From NCBI GenBank assembly GCA_039815375.1, contig JBCBZJ010000015.1, forward strand, positions 1 to 64,000: a DNA stretch of 64,000 nucleotides, written 5' to 3'. Below, one piece after another: positions 11,600 to 20,103 of this stretch. Numbering within the stretch: position 1 is the stretch's first letter; each line of letters starts with the position of its first letter. The DNA is from Verrucomicrobiota bacterium. Its GTDB lineage: Bacteria; Verrucomicrobiota; Verrucomicrobiia; Opitutales; Coraliomargaritaceae. A program made the position numbers and the translations under genes. The notes beneath the pieces are model-generated. The model was not told where the DNA came from, did not search any database, and worked only from the letters and a program-made list of their open reading frames with translations.

Positions 11600-12019
11600 T
11601 TAGACTTCGGGCTCAAAACGGCCTCCGTAGCCGGGTTGGTATAGGCGTAAATTCAACTCTTTTGCCATAATATCGAAATGTACGTCTTTGGCATAGACCC
11701 GGCAGCCTATTTCGAGAGCCAGGCTGGCGATGAGTATATCGTTCCATGGGAGCGTCTTGCCCCTGTCACGCAGGCGCCATGCATTTAGCTTTGCACTTTC
11801 CCAATGCCGCTCTTCGATGCCTCGGTAGGGAATACAATCGAACCAGAACTGGAGCTTCTTACGGTCTTCCTTTCGGGCACCACCCATAAATTCCAGCTTT
11901 ACCGGGCTGCACCAGACCGCTTCGAACGCTTCGAGCAGGTTTTCAAGCCCGACCTTGTAGGCTAGGTCGCCATCGCGGCGACTAGCCTCGATCCAGACGG
12001 ATGTATCAACGAGAACCAT
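11600..12019 (-). CDS. vapC: PIN-domain toxin (VapC)
   Basis: MVLVDTSVWI, E, D.LIA, D.HF acidic PIN residues; downstream of a small antitoxin gene. Confidence 0.9.
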   Translation of the reverse strand: MVLVDTSVWIEASRRDGDLAYKVGLENLLEAFEAVWCSPVKLEFMGGARKEDRKKLQFWFDCIPYRGIEERHWESAKLNAWRLRDRGKTLPWNDILIASLALEIGCRVYAKDVHFDIMAKELNLRLYQPGYGGRFEPEV

Positions 12020-12099
12020 TGAAGTGAACGTGATGGTTAAATTGGTTGGGGTGCAGTCTGGAGACTTCAGTCTAATTCTGAATAATTAGAAAAATAGAC

Positions 12100-12303
12100 C
12101 TAACCATTACCCTCTTCAATTTCGTCGTTCGTGGCAGGGTAGTCGAATGCGCCTTCGCGCAGTAAGGTGCCGAATTCCCTGGCCTTTCTCTGGTTGACAA
12201 ACTCTGTCACGGCTTGGGCTACAGCGGGACTTTTTTTCGACTCACCCGTAATCCGCGCCAAGTCCTCCAAAGTGGCTTCATCAATTTCTACAGTAACTCT
12301 CAT
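12100..12303 (-). CDS. vapB: VapB-family antitoxin
   Basis: 67 aa, MRVTVEIDEATL...KSPAVAQAVTEF ribbon-helix-helix-like sequence; upstream of PIN gene. Confidence 0.85.
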   Translation of the reverse strand: MRVTVEIDEATLEDLARITGESKKSPAVAQAVTEFVNQRKAREFGTLLREGAFDYPATNDEIEEGNG

Positions 12304-12358
12304 GCGTCTAAAAAAGCACAAAAATCATCAAATTCAATGTAATTTTGATGCAAAAAGC

Positions 12359-13795
12359 TTACTTTGGCTCGAGATCGAAACCTTCCTTGGAATCTTTCAC
12401 AACCCAACCTTTTGCGAGGAGAGCATCGCGAAGCTCGTCCGCCTTGCCCCAGTCTTTGGCCTGCTTGGCTTCCCAGCGTTCTTGCGCGATGGTGATGATC
12501 TCTTCGGGAGCGTCGATTTTCTTCTGCTCGACAGTGAAGAGCTCGAGACCGAGCGCATAAAGGAGACTGCCGAATGCGCGCAGCATATCGCGCGCACCGT
12601 TTACATCCAGCGAGGCGGCCGGGTTCGAAGCGATCACGCCGAAGATTGCACCCATGCAGGCGGCTGTGTTCAGATTGTTACGCAGTGCGTCCCAGGCTTT
12701 GGCGAAACGACCGAAGTCTTCCGGTGCATCTTTAGTAATGTAATGGGCGAGTGCGTCTTTGCCTTCACCTGTTTTCGCGAGGAGCGATTCGGCAAAGCGC
12801 TCCAGGCGAGTGAGGGCACTTTGTGAGGCGTTGAGCCCATCGAAAGTAAAGTTGAGTTGTTGGCGGTAGCTACCGGAGACCAAGGTATAGCGTAGAGCCA
12901 TTGGGCTAAAGTCCTTTGCTATCAAGTCATCGAGAGTGTAAAGGTTGCCTAGGCTTTTGGACATTTTTGAGCCTTCGACCATAAGATGTGCGGTATGGAA
13001 CCAGTGGCGGCAGAATTGGCGGCCATGGGCACATTCGGACTGAGCGATCTCGTTTTCATGATGTGGAAAGCAGAGGTCGATACCGCCGCCGTGTAGGTCG
13101 ATTGTAATACCTCCGAAGGAAGCTTCGACCATGGCGGAGCACTCCAGATGCCAGCCGGGACGACCTTCGCCCCAGGGGCTTTGCCAAAAGTTCTCGCCGT
13201 CTTCGGGCTTGCGTGATTTCCAAAGCGCAAAGTCGGCGATTGATTCCCGGTCATATTCGTCGGCATCATTGCGTTCACCTGCAGAGTTCTCATTCTGTGT
13301 CTTTATCTCCCGCTGCTTGAGCTTGGAGAGCTTGCCATAGTCGGGAAAAGAGCTGACACGGAAGTAAAGTGAGCCGTCTTCGGTTGCATAGGCATGGCCT
13401 TTTTCGACGAGTTTTTCGGCGAGTTCGATTTGTTGCGGGATGTGTTCTACCGCGCTGGGCTCGATAGAGGGTGGAAGCATATTCAGGGCCGCGCAATCAG
13501 CTTGGAACTTCTCCGTCCACTTGTTAGTGAAATCTGCCAGCTTCAGGCCTTCGGCCTGGGACTGACGAATGGTCTTGTCATCCACATCGGTGATGTTGCG
13601 CACGTGCATTACATCGATGCCTGCCACTTCCAGCACACGTCGCAGCACATCCTGAATCAAGAAGGTGCGGAAGTTGCCGATGTGGGCAGGGCCATAAACC
13701 GTTGGCCCGCAGCAATAGATGTGGAATGGCTTCCCCGCTTCCGGTACGAGGTCTTTAACGGAACGGCTGTAAGTGTCGTATAATTGGACGGACAT
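12359..13795 (-). CDS. cysS: Cysteine--tRNA ligase
   Basis: CGPTVY, HIGN, DFALWK, GRPGWHLECS, FPHHENE, KMSKS; start at MSVQLYDT. Confidence 0.97.
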   Translation of the reverse strand: MSVQLYDTYSRSVKDLVPEAGKPFHIYCCGPTVYGPAHIGNFRTFLIQDVLRRVLEVAGIDVMHVRNITDVDDKTIRQSQAEGLKLADFTNKWTEKFQADCAALNMLPPSIEPSAVEHIPQQIELAEKLVEKGHAYATEDGSLYFRVSSFPDYGKLSKLKQREIKTQNENSAGERNDADEYDRESIADFALWKSRKPEDGENFWQSPWGEGRPGWHLECSAMVEASFGGITIDLHGGGIDLCFPHHENEIAQSECAHGRQFCRHWFHTAHLMVEGSKMSKSLGNLYTLDDLIAKDFSPMALRYTLVSGSYRQQLNFTFDGLNASQSALTRLERFAESLLAKTGEGKDALAHYITKDAPEDFGRFAKAWDALRNNLNTAACMGAIFGVIASNPAASLDVNGARDMLRAFGSLLYALGLELFTVEQKKIDAPEEIITIAQERWEAKQAKDWGKADELRDALLAKGWVVKDSKEGFDLEPK

Positions 13796-13811
13796 CCTGC
13801 CATCAAATGGC

Positions 13812-13894
13812 AGAGTGAGTCTGAAAGTGAAGGTGAAAGTGAGCCAGGAAATGAGTGATTTTTCACTTTCACTCTCACTTTCACTTGTCACTCT
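13812..13894. repeat. Imperfect palindrome built from 6-bp (NNGTGA/TCACNN) units
   Basis: AGAGTGA GTCTGA AAGTGA AGGTGA AAGTGA ... TCACTT TCACTC TCACTT TCACTT GTCACTCT. Confidence 0.8.
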
Positions 13895-13901
13895 TTCCGT
13901 C

Positions 13902-14912
13902 ATGGCAGAAAGCTACAAACTCGACCTGACTCGTCGTCCCCGTCGTATGCGCCGGACTGAGGCCTTGCGTTCACTCGCAAATGAAACCTCTGTGCAGGCA
14001 GGCAATCTGATACAGCCGCTCTTTGTGATTGAAGGGGAGGGAGCAGCTGAGCCGATCGCATCGATGCCGGGTCAGTTCCGCCTTCCTGTTTCCAAGCTTG
14101 TCGAAGAGTGTAAGCAGCTCGCTGACTTGGGCATTCCCTCAGTGGCACTCTTCCCGCGTCTAGACGGTTCGGTCAAAAGTGATGATGGTCGAGAAGCAAC
14201 CAATCCGGACACTTTGGTGCTTCGTGCTATTCGAGCTTTGAAAAAGTCCGTTCCGGAAATTGCAGTGATTACGGACCTGGCATTGGATCCCTACACGACT
14301 CATGGCCATGACGGACTTTGGGATGCTGCAGCGCAGGATTTGGCCAATGATCCTACTGTAGAGGTGCTTGCGGAGATGGCTATTTTGGCTGCGGAAGCAG
14401 GTGTCGATGTCGTAGCACCTTCCGACATGATGGACGGCCGCGTGGGTGCCATTCGAAATGCGCTCGATGGAAATGGTCACGAGAAGACGCTTATTATGGC
14501 TTATTCGGCGAAGTTCGCTTCAGCTTTTTACGGTCCTTTCCGTGATGCTGTTGGCAGTGCTGCGAGTGCAGGAACGCATGCACTCGATAAACGAACCTAC
14601 CAGCTCAATCCCGCAAATCGTCGTGAAGCGTTAACCGAGGTGGCCTTGGACGAGGAGGAGGGCGCTGACATTCTGATGGTGAAGCCGGCCGGTCCTTACT
14701 TGGATATCATCCGCGAGGTTCGAGAAGAAACGGATCTCCCATTGGCCGCCTATCAAGTTTCCGGTGAATATGCTCAGATTATGGCAGCTGCCGAAAAGGG
14801 ATGGCTCGATCTAGAGCTTTGCCGTAATGAATCGATTCTTGCGATTCGGCGTGCTGGCGCGGATATGATCTTAAGCTATTTCGCGAAAAGTTTTGCTCAA
14901 TCCGAGTCCTAA
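13902..14912 (+). CDS. hemB: Porphobilinogen synthase
   Basis: RPRRMR, DLALDPYTTHGHDG, APSDMMDGR, YSAKFASAFYGPFRDA, MVKPA, YQVSGEY. Confidence 0.97.
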   Translation: MAESYKLDLTRRPRRMRRTEALRSLANETSVQAGNLIQPLFVIEGEGAAEPIASMPGQFRLPVSKLVEECKQLADLGIPSVALFPRLDGSVKSDDGREATNPDTLVLRAIRALKKSVPEIAVITDLALDPYTTHGHDGLWDAAAQDLANDPTVEVLAEMAILAAEAGVDVVAPSDMMDGRVGAIRNALDGNGHEKTLIMAYSAKFASAFYGPFRDAVGSAASAGTHALDKRTYQLNPANRREALTEVALDEEEGADILMVKPAGPYLDIIREVREETDLPLAAYQVSGEYAQIMAAAEKGWLDLELCRNESILAIRRAGADMILSYFAKSFAQSES

Positions 14913-14952
14913 TAGCTTACGTAAAAAATGATCTAGACTGGGAATTCTGTTG

Positions 14953-15140
14953 GAGGACGTTCAATAAAATCTAATTATGGTAACTCTCCAAAGCAAAGTG
15001 GACGAAATCGAGTTCGCAAACGATGTGGATGTCGATTTGCTACGCCATCTTCATTTTATTACGTCCGCTTCACTGACTTCGATTTCGAGACGCACAAGAA
15101 CTAAAGTAACGCTTTTAGTAATTTATTAGACACACATCTT
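14953..15140 (-). mobile_element. MITE-like dispersed repeat, copy A
   Basis: Aligns end-to-end with the reverse complement of 19924-20095 and partly with 30069-30154. Confidence 0.75.
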
Positions 15141-15246
15141 GGATGTCGGAATCTGCAGACATTCTTTAGAGGTCACGTTTTATGCGATGCACGGGATACT
15201 TGCCCTATCCAACAGAATGCTGGAAAGTCCCTCTGCATTGTTCGGA

Positions 15247-16305
15247 TCAATCCTCTTTGTTCTTTCTTGAGCGGTGCTTGTCTGCGTATTGCCGCTTGCG
15301 AGCAAGTTCACGCATATCCACTGCTGGATCGTCCTCCTCAAAAATCTCCTGACCGATGATATGTTCCATAACGTCCTCCATTGTGATGACCCCGGACATG
15401 GATCCGAATTCGTCGACTGTAATGGCAAGTTGTTGGTGGTTCTTCAGGAAGGTTTGTAGCGCATCATCAGCCGTGGCTGTATCAGGAACAAAGATTGCCT
15501 CCCCGGCGAGCTCAGCGATTCGGAGGTTGTCGCGATCTTCAGCCTTTGCGCTCAGTATGTCGCGGCGGCGGACGATACCGGTGATGTTGTCGGTCTGATT
15601 CCGGTAAACGGGGATTCGGGCGAAGGGGATGTTGCTGCCTTTCTTGAATACACTTCCGATTGTATCATCAGCATCGACCGCATAGACCACAGTCCGTGGC
15701 GTCATGATTTCGTCGACGAGTATCTCATCGAGGCTAAGTGCGTTATTGATCACCTCCCGTTCATTCGAGGTCATCGTGCCTTCTTTTTCGCTCTTTTCCG
15801 CCAGCAACATGATTTCCTCGTCGCTGTCGGTTTCCTGCTCTTCATTTTTTAGAAGGAAGCGAATCAAGAGGCCCACGATCTTGGAGACTGGCGTCATGAT
15901 CGTGCAGATCCAGCTCAGCGGATAAATGAGCACTGGTTGTAGGCTGCTACGATAAAGCACGCCGACATTCTTTGGTATGATCTCGGAAATAAAGAGGATG
16001 GCGATCGCCATGATGAGCGATACGTTGTAAAGCACGTTAGTGCTTTCAGACCAGATTTGCACCGCGAGTCCGCCAACGATAGTTGCCCCTAGTGTGTTTG
16101 CGATCGTGTTGAGGCTTAGAATTGCCGAGCTGGTTTCTTCAATTTCCAGTTTGGCTTTTTCGAGTCTTTCGCCGACTTTCGCATGCGTTTTCTTCAAGCT
16201 CTCGATCTCTGCAGTGGTAGTGCTGAGGATCATAGCCTCAAGAATCGAGCACAGAGCTGACACACAGATGGTGAAGGCTATGGCTAGAATAAATGCGATG
16301 ATCAT
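15247..16305 (-). CDS. CNNM/DUF21 + CBS domain protein (hemolysin/CorC-like)
   Basis: SALCSILEA, ILSLNTIANTLGA, SEIIPK, IMTPR, RIPVY, VDEFG..SGVITMED. Confidence 0.9.
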   Translation of the reverse strand: MIIAFILAIAFTICVSALCSILEAMILSTTTAEIESLKKTHAKVGERLEKAKLEIEETSSAILSLNTIANTLGATIVGGLAVQIWSESTNVLYNVSLIMAIAILFISEIIPKNVGVLYRSSLQPVLIYPLSWICTIMTPVSKIVGLLIRFLLKNEEQETDSDEEIMLLAEKSEKEGTMTSNEREVINNALSLDEILVDEIMTPRTVVYAVDADDTIGSVFKKGSNIPFARIPVYRNQTDNITGIVRRRDILSAKAEDRDNLRIAELAGEAIFVPDTATADDALQTFLKNHQQLAITVDEFGSMSGVITMEDVMEHIIGQEIFEEDDPAVDMRELARKRQYADKHRSRKNKED

Positions 16306-16510
16306 TGCGGGTGCGTATGGGCTGCCGGTTCGGGTCCGGCATTTGAGCTCTACCCAGCACGTATCTGTGTTCTGCAAGGGTTATTTATTCTTTCAAGCAT
16401 ATTTGCTTATTTACTAACTAAGTCGTCCGGATAGTGATTTCGCTAAATACTTGACCGCGTTTCCAAGCACTCTCTATTCTAACCTAATTGAAATTTCACT
16501 GTATCCCTAA

Positions 16511-17017
16511 ATGAAAATACGTTTACCCTTAGTTTCTGCTCTTTTCAGCATCTTACTGCTTGGCGGTTGCCAGCACTTTGAGACAGGCCTGCCTCAGGAG
16601 GTGATCATCCTTTCCTACCCAACTGAGGCAAGCGTCTACATCAATGGCGAGCCCGCTGGTATAACCCCTTTAACCACGGCACTTCCTCGCAAGGTCAATC
16701 ACGAGATACGTCTCGAAAGATACGGCTATAATAAAGCAGTAAAATATTTCACACCGGTTCTCAACGGTAAGGCGGATAACTTTATACGCTTCGGCCTGTC
16801 TGAGGATTTAGGATACTATGTCGACTTGGAGCCTGGCACGATGAAAGCCAAGATGAAGAGCGATCTGGTTCCCGGTTCCGTAGGTTCCGACCCATTCGAG
16901 AAGATGGCACTACAGGCTTTGAAGGCAGATACTATGCTCGAAGCCGGCGAGATATCAGCTTTGGAGCATCGGTATATCATCGAGCAAATTGTCGACTTTT
17001 TCGAGTCGCAAAACTAG
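16511..17017 (+). CDS. PEGA-domain lipoprotein
   Basis: Lipobox LLGGC; SYPTEASVYING..G.TP...HEIRLERYGY. Confidence 0.8.
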   Translation: MKIRLPLVSALFSILLLGGCQHFETGLPQEVIILSYPTEASVYINGEPAGITPLTTALPRKVNHEIRLERYGYNKAVKYFTPVLNGKADNFIRFGLSEDLGYYVDLEPGTMKAKMKSDLVPGSVGSDPFEKMALQALKADTMLEAGEISALEHRYIIEQIVDFFESQN

Positions 17018-17041
17018 CTCGCGGTGCTTTGTTTCAAATCC

Positions 17042-17422
17042 ATGAGCGAAGTTCCGGCTGATTTAGTTTATACGAAAGACCACGAGTGGCTGAAGGTCCA
17101 TGAAGATGGAACAGCCACAGTTGGCATCACAGACTACGCACAGGAGAGTTTGGGCGACATCACCTTCGTCGAGTTCCCTGAGGCCGGTGAATCCTTCTCG
17201 ACGGGAGACACTTTTGGCGTTGTTGAATCTGTAAAAGCTGCATCCGATCTCTATATGCCGGTTGAGGCAGAGGTTATCGAGATCAATGAAAATGTGGATT
17301 CTGAACCGGAATTACTCAATCAGGACCCTTACGAGAGGGGCTGGCTTTTGAAAATCAAGATTACAGATTCTTCGCAGTTGGACAGCTTGCTGAAGGCGGA
17401 TGCTTATCGGGGTATCATTTAG
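17042..17422 (+). CDS. gcvH: Glycine cleavage system H protein
   Basis: YTKDHEW, VGITDYAQ, VESVKAASD lipoyl-lysine motif, NQDPY..GWL. Confidence 0.96.
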   Translation: MSEVPADLVYTKDHEWLKVHEDGTATVGITDYAQESLGDITFVEFPEAGESFSTGDTFGVVESVKAASDLYMPVEAEVIEINENVDSEPELLNQDPYERGWLLKIKITDSSQLDSLLKADAYRGII

Positions 17423-17525
17423 TTTAGCCCAACATCAGGTGCCATTAGACCATAGTCTACCCCGGTAAGATTTTCTTCTTGGCGGGTTCACTCTTAGGGT
17501 TTGTAAGGCTATCCTGCTAATTTAA

Positions 17526-17630
17526 GAACTTTTGGCGAGATCGGCAGGTTGGATGAGCTGCAAGCAACAGTGGGTGACTGAAAACCTGTTAGAAGAAAAT
17601 CGCATCCTTAAAGAACAGTCCGGCACGATG
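17526..17630 (+). pseudogene. Remnant of the N-terminus of an integrase-core (rve) transposase
   Basis: Translates ELLARSAGWMSCKQQWVTENLLEENRILKEQSG, resembling the AGW.N.QQ..I.YL.EENR.LKEQ start of PVC integrase-core transposases; preceded by a stop, no catalytic domain follows. Confidence 0.55.
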
Positions 17631-17981
17631 CGCTCAATGCGCCCTCAGGTAGAAAAACTTAGCTTGCTGATAATCCGGCATTTTGCCTTGTGTTCATGAA
17701 AAGAGAACAGGGCGTGATCTCCTCGGCGCATGGCTCAAGCCAACCTCTTGCAGTGGCCTTCATATGCGCACTTGCGCGGAGTGAACTGGCGCAACTGCGC
17801 CGGTCATCTTAAGATTTGGCCCTAGGAGCGATTAGGAGACGGTTGCCATGCCTTTCCGCACTTCAAGTCTTTGTTCAGCGCTCTTGTATCTTACAGCTCA
17901 TGCCTAATCGGAATGCTGTAATTGTGTGATTTTCCGAGCTATGTCGTTGACGATTTAAGCGAACTTACCACAGAAGGACGG

Positions 17982-19904
17982 ATGGAATTGAAGGAAGCGG
18001 GAAGCCGTGCCTGGACAACGGCAGATGCCACGAACTACTACGGCTTGAATCAATGGGGAGGTGGGCATTTCTCGATCGATGATGACGGATTTATCCAAGT
18101 TTGTCCTTTGCGGGACCAGAGAACGATTCGTATCGCAGACATCGTCAAGGAAGCTATCAGTAAGGGGCTAAAGCCTCCTCTCACGATTCGTATTCAGGAC
18201 CTTCTCCGGACACGGGTCATTGAATTGAACAAGCTCTTTGCTGAAGCGATTCAGGACGAGAAATACGATGGTTCTTACCGGGGTGTTTTTCCGATTAAGG
18301 TAAATCAGTTGCGGGAAGTGGTTGAAGAAATCCGCGATGCCGGGCGGGAGTTTCATTTTGGGCTCGAATGTGGAAGCAAGCCGGAGTTGATGATCGCGCT
18401 GGCTATGCACAAGGATCCGAAGTCGCTCATTATTTGCAATGGCTACAAAGACGAAGAGTTTATCCGCCTGGCGCTATTCGGACGTATCCTGGGCAAGGAG
18501 ATCTACCTTGTTGTAGAGCAGCTCAGCGAAGTCCAACGCATCATCGAGATATCCGGAAAGCTCGGAATCGAGCCGTTGATCGGGTTCCGGGTTAAACTAT
18601 CCACGACAGGTGAGGGCAAATGGGCCAGTTCTTCCGGCGAAAATGCCAAGTTCGGCCTTACCAGTCCTGAGATTGTCGAAGCCTCCCGCCGTATCAAGCA
18701 GGCCGGACTCACGGAGAGCTTGCGTCTGGTTCACTTTCACATCGGGTCGCAGGTGCCGAATATTCAGACGATTAAAAAAGCCACGGTTGAGGCGACGCGC
18801 TTCTATTGTGAGTTGAAGAAAATGGGCTTCCCGATGGAGCTGCTGGATGTCGGTGGGGGACTGGGTATCGATTACGATGGTTCCCGAAGCAACTACGAAA
18901 GCTCGATGAACTATACGATGCGTGAATATGCCCGCGATGTGGTGTATAACGTAAAAAATGTCTGCCAGGATGCAGGTGTTGATGTGCCGGACCTGATTAC
19001 GGAGAGCGGCCGGGCGATTGTTGCACCGCACTCGATTCTGGTCACCGAAGTGTGCGACAGTATTTCCAAGACCTCGGTCCTGCCTCAGCCGCCAAAAAAG
19101 AATAAGCAGAACCTTATCCTCCGTGACCTGGAAGCGATACTTGTCAATGAACATGGTTCCAGCCCCTTGGAGCGTTTCCACGATGCGCAGCAAAAGAGAG
19201 AGGAGGCTGATCATCTCTTCAGTCTGGGTTATCTGGACCTGAATGATCGTGCACAGGTGGATGCGCTCTACTGGCAGATTTGCGAAGAAGTCTCGAACCT
19301 GTCGAAGAACGGTTCGTATACGCCGGAAGAACTCGAGTCGCTACCGTCGATGATGGCAGACCAGTATGTCTGCAATTTCTCGGTGTTTCAGTCGTTGATC
19401 GACCATTGGGCTTGTGATCAGCTGTTTCCGGTGGCCCCTTTGCAGCGTCTCGACGAGAGCCCGGACATCGACGCGACCCTCGTCGATATTACTTGTGACA
19501 GCGAGGGTAAGGTTTCGATGTTTACCGATGTGGAGGATGTTCGCCACACCCTCCGGCTTCATTCCTTGAAGCCGAATGAGCCTTACTATCTTGGTGTGTT
19601 TCTGGTGGGAGCGTATCAGGATATCATGGGGGATCTGCACAACCTTTTTGGTCGAGTGAATGAGGTTCACGTCTTTCTTGAAGATGACGAGGAGGACGGC
19701 TTTTACATCGAAGATAGTATTAAGGGATTTTCTACCTCTGATGTGCTCGGTTTTACCCAATATGACGGGCACATCCTGACCCGGCAGATGAAAAAGCAAA
19801 TTGATCGTGCGACCAAGGCCGACCGGATCAAGCCGCGTGAAGGAACAAGGATGCTCGACGAATATGCGGATTTGCTGCGCGGGCATACATACTTGGCGAC
19901 TTAG
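17982..19904 (+). CDS. speA: Biosynthetic arginine decarboxylase
   Basis: FPIKVNQ PLP lysine, GSKPE, CNGYKD, HFHIGSQ, DVGGGLG, ESGRA, DITCDSEG, GAYQDIMGDLHNLFG. Confidence 0.96.
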   Translation: MELKEAGSRAWTTADATNYYGLNQWGGGHFSIDDDGFIQVCPLRDQRTIRIADIVKEAISKGLKPPLTIRIQDLLRTRVIELNKLFAEAIQDEKYDGSYRGVFPIKVNQLREVVEEIRDAGREFHFGLECGSKPELMIALAMHKDPKSLIICNGYKDEEFIRLALFGRILGKEIYLVVEQLSEVQRIIEISGKLGIEPLIGFRVKLSTTGEGKWASSSGENAKFGLTSPEIVEASRRIKQAGLTESLRLVHFHIGSQVPNIQTIKKATVEATRFYCELKKMGFPMELLDVGGGLGIDYDGSRSNYESSMNYTMREYARDVVYNVKNVCQDAGVDVPDLITESGRAIVAPHSILVTEVCDSISKTSVLPQPPKKNKQNLILRDLEAILVNEHGSSPLERFHDAQQKREEADHLFSLGYLDLNDRAQVDALYWQICEEVSNLSKNGSYTPEELESLPSMMADQYVCNFSVFQSLIDHWACDQLFPVAPLQRLDESPDIDATLVDITCDSEGKVSMFTDVEDVRHTLRLHSLKPNEPYYLGVFLVGAYQDIMGDLHNLFGRVNEVHVFLEDDEEDGFYIEDSIKGFSTSDVLGFTQYDGHILTRQMKKQIDRATKADRIKPREGTRMLDEYADLLRGHTYLAT

Positions 19905-19923
19905 ACTATAGTCTGCTAAGTTC

Positions 19924-20095
19924 AGGATGTGTCTAATAAATTGCTAAAGGCGTTACTTTACTTCTTGTGTGTTTCGAAATCGAAGTCAGCGAAGCAGAAA
20001 TCGACATCCAAATCGATTGCGACCTCGATTTGGATGTCGATTTAGCCCACCTTGCCTTGGAGAGTAACCAGAATTAGATTTTATTGATCGCCCTC
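19924..20095 (+). mobile_element. MITE-like dispersed repeat, copy B, with perfect 19-bp internal inverted repeat
   Basis: AAATCGACATCCAAATCGA (19998-20016) / TCGATTTGGATGTCGATTT (20025-20043); similar to copies A and C; imperfect terminal inverted repeats ending AATAAA. Confidence 0.8.
20052..20080 (+). promoter_or_regulatory. Putative sigma-70 promoter inside the repeat, facing tilS
   Basis: TTGCCT (20052-57), 17-bp spacer, TAGATT (20075-80); tilS ATG at 20104. Confidence 0.5.
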
Positions 20096-20103
20096 TCAGC
20101 CCC

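Noticed and set aside
12033..12107. Integron attC-like GTTRRRY/RYYYAAC boxes in the vapBC spacer
   Set aside because: Boxes are in the wrong order for attC, and no integrase or cassette array is present
13773..13903. N-terminal extensions of cysS and hemB given in the ORF track
   Set aside because: Artefacts of the hexamer palindrome; conserved sequence starts at 13795 and 13902
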